A stretch of 11,083 nucleotides of DNA from Candidatus Hodarchaeota archaeon (GTDB lineage Archaea; Asgardarchaeota; Heimdallarchaeia; Hodarchaeales; Hodarchaeaceae), in contig JAEOTM010000021.1 in assembly GCA_016839815.1 (NCBI GenBank), positions 1 through 11,083 of the forward strand, read 5' to 3'. The position numbers were made by a program, and so were the translations under genes. Below are positions 7,161-11,083 of this stretch, in pieces. The first letter of the stretch is position 1, and each line of letters starts with the position of its first letter. The notes under the pieces were generated by a model that saw only the letters and a program-made list of their open reading frames with translations, was not told the DNA's origin and made no database searches.

Positions 7161-8453
7161 TTGCAACAGAAGAACAATATTCGTCAAAAACAAGAGAAAA
7201 CGTCAAAAATTGCAATTCTTGCTCCAATTATCTTTTTTCTTGTGATTTATAGTTTAATCGCGGTTGGAACCTCCAACTTAAGGCCTCTCGAAGTTGTAAT
7301 GTCCCCCAGTATGGCCCCATCCTATGAAGTAGGGGATCTGATCCTTGTACGTACGGTTGATCCGGCAGATCTTCAGATTGGTGATGTAATTATATATGAA
7401 ATTGATTATGGTTATATTCAAGAAAGAATTCTTCATCAAGTCTGGAATATTACAATTATTGATGAAGAGCGATATTTTGCACTTTATGGAGAGATGAACA
7501 GTAGACCAGATGTTCATAAAACTGCTCGAGACGTTATCCACGTACCAACTTATGATGTAAATGGTAGACGCATCATTATTTCACTTGTCCCTGACAAAAC
7601 GATTCAGGGACAAGTTATTTATAGAATCCCATACCTTGGATGGCCGATTGCGATCTTGATTTCATTCTATGGGTTTTTCTCATTAATTTTTGTGGCCACC
7701 CTACTTTATTGGATGTTATATGGGAGAATAACTTTCTCAAAGATTAAAGGATTGGGTAGTCTAGCGGTCGCGGGTATAATTATTATTATCTTACTCCAAG
7801 TATTTAGTTGGAGTGATGGTAGGGTCGTAGAATCTATTGAACTTTCAAAAAATGAATTTGGAGGCTCTATTGAACCTGGAGAGAGTGCGGAATATATTGT
7901 TTTAGGTGAAACGAAACAAATCTGGGGACCCACATATCCAACTAATGGCACAATAGGAGTTCAAGTCCTGACAAAATATCCTCAAAATATGACTATTCTG
8001 TTGAATAAGAATGTCCGCCAATGGAATGGTACAACAATTGAGGATTTAAATTACACCGAAGTCCTTGTTATTGATCAAATCGGATTAGTTATTGCTTCAA
8101 ATCGAGTAAGTTCTGAATACCTGGGATTTTATTTTCCATTTATTACTTCAGTGCAGGATAGCTATATTACTGTGGATGCATTTGCATATTCAACTCGGCT
8201 TACACCAGACGGAATTATCGGTGAAGAAACGTTACAGTTTGTCCAAGATATGCAGAAATGGGATTTCTATGTACGATATAAGTTTGCAGAACCGGGATTT
8301 CTTATTAAATATGAATATCATGTAGTTGTTCATCCCTATGTACGTCCTCATCTGTTATTCATTGCTATTGCTTTCGTATTCATAGGTTTAGGGTATTGGA
8401 AAGTCGATCGTACTCCGTTTTTCTGGAAGAAAAATGAAATTCTCGAAGAATAA
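7161..8453 (+). CDS. Signal peptidase I, archaeal/ER type (S26B, Sec11-like), with long C-terminal membrane and extracellular extension
   Basis: N-terminal TM (aa 17-36), box B VVMSPSMAP (Ser50), GDL, GDVIIY, box D ILHQV (His92), box E GEMNSRPD (Asp117) and RIPYLGW. Two further TMs, a roughly 180-aa domain with four N-x-T sequons and a C-terminal TM follow. Confidence 0.87.
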   Translation: MQQKNNIRQKQEKTSKIAILAPIIFFLVIYSLIAVGTSNLRPLEVVMSPSMAPSYEVGDLILVRTVDPADLQIGDVIIYEIDYGYIQERILHQVWNITIIDEERYFALYGEMNSRPDVHKTARDVIHVPTYDVNGRRIIISLVPDKTIQGQVIYRIPYLGWPIAILISFYGFFSLIFVATLLYWMLYGRITFSKIKGLGSLAVAGIIIIILLQVFSWSDGRVVESIELSKNEFGGSIEPGESAEYIVLGETKQIWGPTYPTNGTIGVQVLTKYPQNMTILLNKNVRQWNGTTIEDLNYTEVLVIDQIGLVIASNRVSSEYLGFYFPFITSVQDSYITVDAFAYSTRLTPDGIIGEETLQFVQDMQKWDFYVRYKFAEPGFLIKYEYHVVVHPYVRPHLLFIAIAFVFIGLGYWKVDRTPFFWKKNEILEE

Positions 8454-8496
8454 TGTTTTTAAGTCCATACTGTGGATAAATAAATAGGTAGATAGT

Positions 8497-8634
8497 ATGG
8501 CAACTATTGGATCTCATAAGTTTACACTGCCTGTAAGTACGAGTCTTCTCATTGGAATGGGATTAGTTCTCGCACTAGCAGCACTCTTGGCGACCGGGGC
8601 TCTTGGTGCTACAATGATCCCAAAACCCCTTTAG
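8497..8634 (+). CDS. Unannotated 45-aa hydrophobic signal-peptide-like micropeptide MATIGSHKFTLPVSTSLLIGMGLVLALAALLATGALGATMIPKPL
   Basis: ATG 8497 to TAG 8634, translated by hand (below the ORF track cutoff). AGGTAG RBS-like motif upstream, TTTTTAAG TATA-like element at 8456-8463, visibly more GC-rich than its flanks, one clear hydrophobic helix, and a T9 tract just after the stop. Confidence 0.75.
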   Translation: MATIGSHKFTLPVSTSLLIGMGLVLALAALLATGALGATMIPKPL

Positions 8635-8643
8635 GTCGTCCAC

Positions 8644-8685
8644 TTTTTTTTTGATTTTCTTTCTTATTTATTGGTTTTGTTTTTT
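8644..8685 (+). terminator. Archaeal oligo-T terminator
   Basis: T9 run at 8644-8652 followed by further T tracts, beginning 10 nt after the micropeptide stop. Confidence 0.65.
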
Positions 8686-9015
8686 GTGATCTAAGAATCT
8701 TTTATAAATTAAAATATATCTTGCCGACTTCTTATTTGTATATTCACTAGAAATATGATAATCTCTTTTCTAATATTTTATGGCCAAATAATAAAAATTT
8801 AGGTACCTTTAAATAGGGTAACCGGCTGGTTGCTTGTATCCTGTTGCCTAAGAGATTGGTGGCAGATCAAATTATTGTTATCTATTTTCGATTTAATGAC
8901 CTATTGAATCGCCTGTGAAGTCCCTTATGGGTTGTTTGGAAACTATTTATGACGTATTCGCGTGTGAGATGAGATATTCGCAGATATGTTGTATGTTAGG
9001 CTAGGAGGTCAATTC

Positions 9016-9273
9016 ATGAAACTTAATAAAATCATGTTTAACTGTTCCAGCTGCAATGCAGTACTCTCAATTACCGATCAAGGCGGAGGCCATCATAATA
9101 TTGACACATTGTGTCCCACTTGTGGCCGAAAATTCTTTATTAATCTTTATTTGACCGGTGGATTACTGAAGATTGAAGTAAACGCTGATGGGGATTTGTA
9201 TGATTCCCCACAATTGAAACAAACTTATGGTAGTCGAGCACTTTCTATTCCAAAATATAAGAAAAAACGCTGA
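9016..9273 (+). CDS. Small zinc-ribbon protein (CxxC...CxxC) with basic C-terminal tail
   Basis: CSSC and CPTC knuckles. A strong GGAGGT RBS at 9004-9009 favours ATG 9016 over 8986. Tail PKYKKKR. Confidence 0.75.
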   Translation: MKLNKIMFNCSSCNAVLSITDQGGGHHNIDTLCPTCGRKFFINLYLTGGLLKIEVNADGDLYDSPQLKQTYGSRALSIPKYKKKR

Positions 9274-9411
9274 TAATTTATCTATGAATTTCTGGGCATG
9301 TGAGCGAACAGTTTTTCGCGAAAGATCAATATTTCTATCAGTATTTTGACGTTTGAGCTTTTAGAAGTGTAATATGCCTTCGTTGGTACTCTTGGGTATT
9401 GTTAACTTAAC

Positions 9412-10212
9412 CTAAATGTTTGGTTCAGCAGCTTTCAGTAATCTATCAAAGATTTCAATCGCCTGGTTAATAATCCCATGTAGAGTATCTTTATCATCTT
9501 TTTCAGAGGATAATGAAAACCAAAACCGGATTATATTTGATGTTCCATATGCCGGCGGTAATGATTTCACCCACAAGTTGGGAAAATCGGTCATGATACG
9601 ATCAATCAACGGCGCAATCATTGACTCATCCTTAACCTCACGTTCAATTACTACTTCAGAATATGCTCTGGAATATCTCTTCAAAAGTAATGACTCTACT
9701 TCCATCTCATAAATGGATTTGAGTTCTGAAGGAACGCCGGGGAGGGCAAAAATTTGAATATCATTGTGCTCAATTAATACTCCTGGGGCACCCCCGACTC
9801 TATTATCCAACGCTATCGCGTTTTCTGGAAGATGTGCCATCTTTTCTCGGGGTTTAGTAATTGTTGGGGTATCAACAAGTCCTTTCTCATATAGCCATTG
9901 GTATTGCCGCTCGACAATGGCAAGTGCTTTTGTATCAAGTTCCAGTTCCACATTAAGTGCTTCAGCAAGACCTTGCAAAGTTATATCATCGTGAGTGGGG
10001 CCAAGTCCTCCAGAAACAATGATTACATCACATCCTTCACTCATTAATCGAAAAATAGCTCCTGAAATGGCATTGAGCTCGTCACGAGTTGTTATTCGCA
10101 TCTTAATTTGTGCACCAAGTTTGACTAGACGCCTTGCTAACCAATTTGAATTGGTATCCAGTGTAATTCCATCTAATATCTCATTTCCGATGATTAGCAT
10201 ACCAACTTGCAA
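9412..10212 (-). CDS. CinA N-terminal-like / COG1058 molybdopterin-binding-domain protein (putative ADP-ribose/FAD pyrophosphatase), without PncC domain
   Basis: IIGNEILDGITLDTN, SGGLGPTHDDIT, GGAPG and LPGVPSEL motifs. At 266 aa it lacks the C-terminal NMN deamidase domain. Confidence 0.9.
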   Translation of the reverse strand: MQVGMLIIGNEILDGITLDTNSNWLARRLVKLGAQIKMRITTRDELNAISGAIFRLMSEGCDVIIVSGGLGPTHDDITLQGLAEALNVELELDTKALAIVERQYQWLYEKGLVDTPTITKPREKMAHLPENAIALDNRVGGAPGVLIEHNDIQIFALPGVPSELKSIYEMEVESLLLKRYSRAYSEVVIEREVKDESMIAPLIDRIMTDFPNLWVKSLPPAYGTSNIIRFWFSLSSEKDDKDTLHGIINQAIEIFDRLLKAAEPNI

Positions 10213-10397
10213 TTCTTAAGCCTTCATTATGCCTTATCTTTCAATGTAATTTTCTCAAACGCACTTGAAACATCCTGTGACTATTTAACATTTTATGATA
10301 AAGTTTTTGTAGAAACAACAAAATTCTCCTATGTATGGATAACATATAAAATGCTTAAATCATTGAAAATGAAACTTATCCAACCTGGTGCAGTTTA

Positions 10398-10682
10398 ATG
10401 CCGAGAGAGGCCAAGAAGCAGTATTATGTTTACATTCTACGGTGTCGTGGTGGATCCTTTTATACTGGATACACAAATGATTTAGAACGACGAATACAGG
10501 AACATAATAATGGACGTGGTGGAAGATATACACGAGGGCGTTATCCAGTCGAACTAGTTCACTCTGAAAGATATACGACAAGAAAAGAGGCCATCAATCG
10601 GGAGCTTGAGATAAAAAAATTCTCACGGAAAACAAAACGCGAATTAATAAAGGGATATGACCCTACCACGGGGAATAAATGA
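10398..10682 (+). CDS. Stand-alone GIY-YIG nuclease (UPF0213, YhbQ/YazA-like)
   Basis: YYVYILRC...FYTGYTNDLERRIQEHNNG.GGRYT...PVELV..E...EA..RE..IKK pattern. Confidence 0.92.
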   Translation: MPREAKKQYYVYILRCRGGSFYTGYTNDLERRIQEHNNGRGGRYTRGRYPVELVHSERYTTRKEAINRELEIKKFSRKTKRELIKGYDPTTGNK

Positions 10683-11083
10683 TTTTTATCGGCAATTTAA
10701 GGATATTTTTGTCATTTTACCCGACATAATGGAAGACCATCTAAAATATAATTGATCGGGTCTTAGATCTGGATTACCTCTTGTTCAATCCGTCCTGTTT
10801 CATTCAATAAAAAGTTCACCAAAACTGTTTTTTTAGCCAAGAAACTATCTGAAACTGCCATTTCTTAATTTTTAAAAAAAACCTAGCTTTCTGATCCCCA
10901 AAACAGTATATAGCCAGAAATGAAATGTAATTTGGGCAATTCCCCCAGTATTATAATAAGTCATTTTGAGCTCAACCCTTGATTGTCTATGTCACCTATA
11001 GACTGACCGATATCAAGGCGTAAGGTTTAAAAGCATGAACTGCACATGATAGGCCTAAGCTCTATCATATTTTGGTGTTCTCG

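Noticed and set aside
6637-7951. Minus-strand ORFs 6637-6825, 6728-6934, 7278-7541 and 7706-7951
   Set aside because: Antisense to the well-supported methyltransferase and peptidase genes.
8497-8634. Micropeptide as a class III (type IV pilin/archaellin) precursor or circular bacteriocin
   Set aside because: No [KR][GA]-hydrophobic prepilin cleavage motif before the helix, and it has a single hydrophobic helix, too short for known circular bacteriocins.
9416-10581. ORFs 9416-9712, 9764-9994, 9995-10219, 10207-10398 (+) and 10360-10581 (-)
   Set aside because: Antisense shadows of the CinA-like and GIY-YIG genes, or an AT-rich intergenic ORF without motif or RBS.
10398-10682. GIY-YIG as a homing endonuclease or mobile element
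   Set aside because: Only 94 aa, with no DNA-binding extension, intron/intein context or terminal repeats. It fits the housekeeping UPF0213 type.
1-11083. CRISPR array, tRNA/rRNA, IS elements, selenocysteine/pyrrolysine recoding
   Set aside because: No regularly spaced repeats, cloverleaf or rRNA-like segments, transposase motifs, or genes interrupted by in-frame TGA/TAG were seen on manual reading.

Overview
AT-rich archaeal-type chromosomal window. Archaeal signs are TATA-like boxes, oligo-T terminators, DUF1786/DUF2769 genes, a Fae(-Hps)-like N-terminus and a Sec11-type peptidase. An Asgard-like or methanogen-related lineage is an inference, not a determination. Gene order: 5' end of a fae/fae-hps-like gene running off the left edge (minus strand, missed by the ORF track), tandem GNAT acetyltransferase, Cys-rich DUF2769 protein, glycerophosphodiester phosphodiesterase, DUF1786 (ASKHA-like) protein, helical orphan, APH/choline-kinase-like phosphotransferase, class I SAM methyltransferase, an unusually long four-TM Sec11/S26B signal peptidase with an extra extracellular domain, an unannotated 45-aa signal-peptide-like ORF, a zinc-ribbon protein, a CinA N-terminal/COG1058 protein and a small GIY-YIG nuclease. 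The best candidate for an undescribed system is the atypical S26B peptidase next to the micropeptide gene (8497-8634). That peptide is almost all signal peptide plus a short C-terminal tail (e.g. ATMIPKPL), suggesting a dedicated peptide-processing or signalling module. No rRNA, tRNA, CRISPR array or transposase was recognised.
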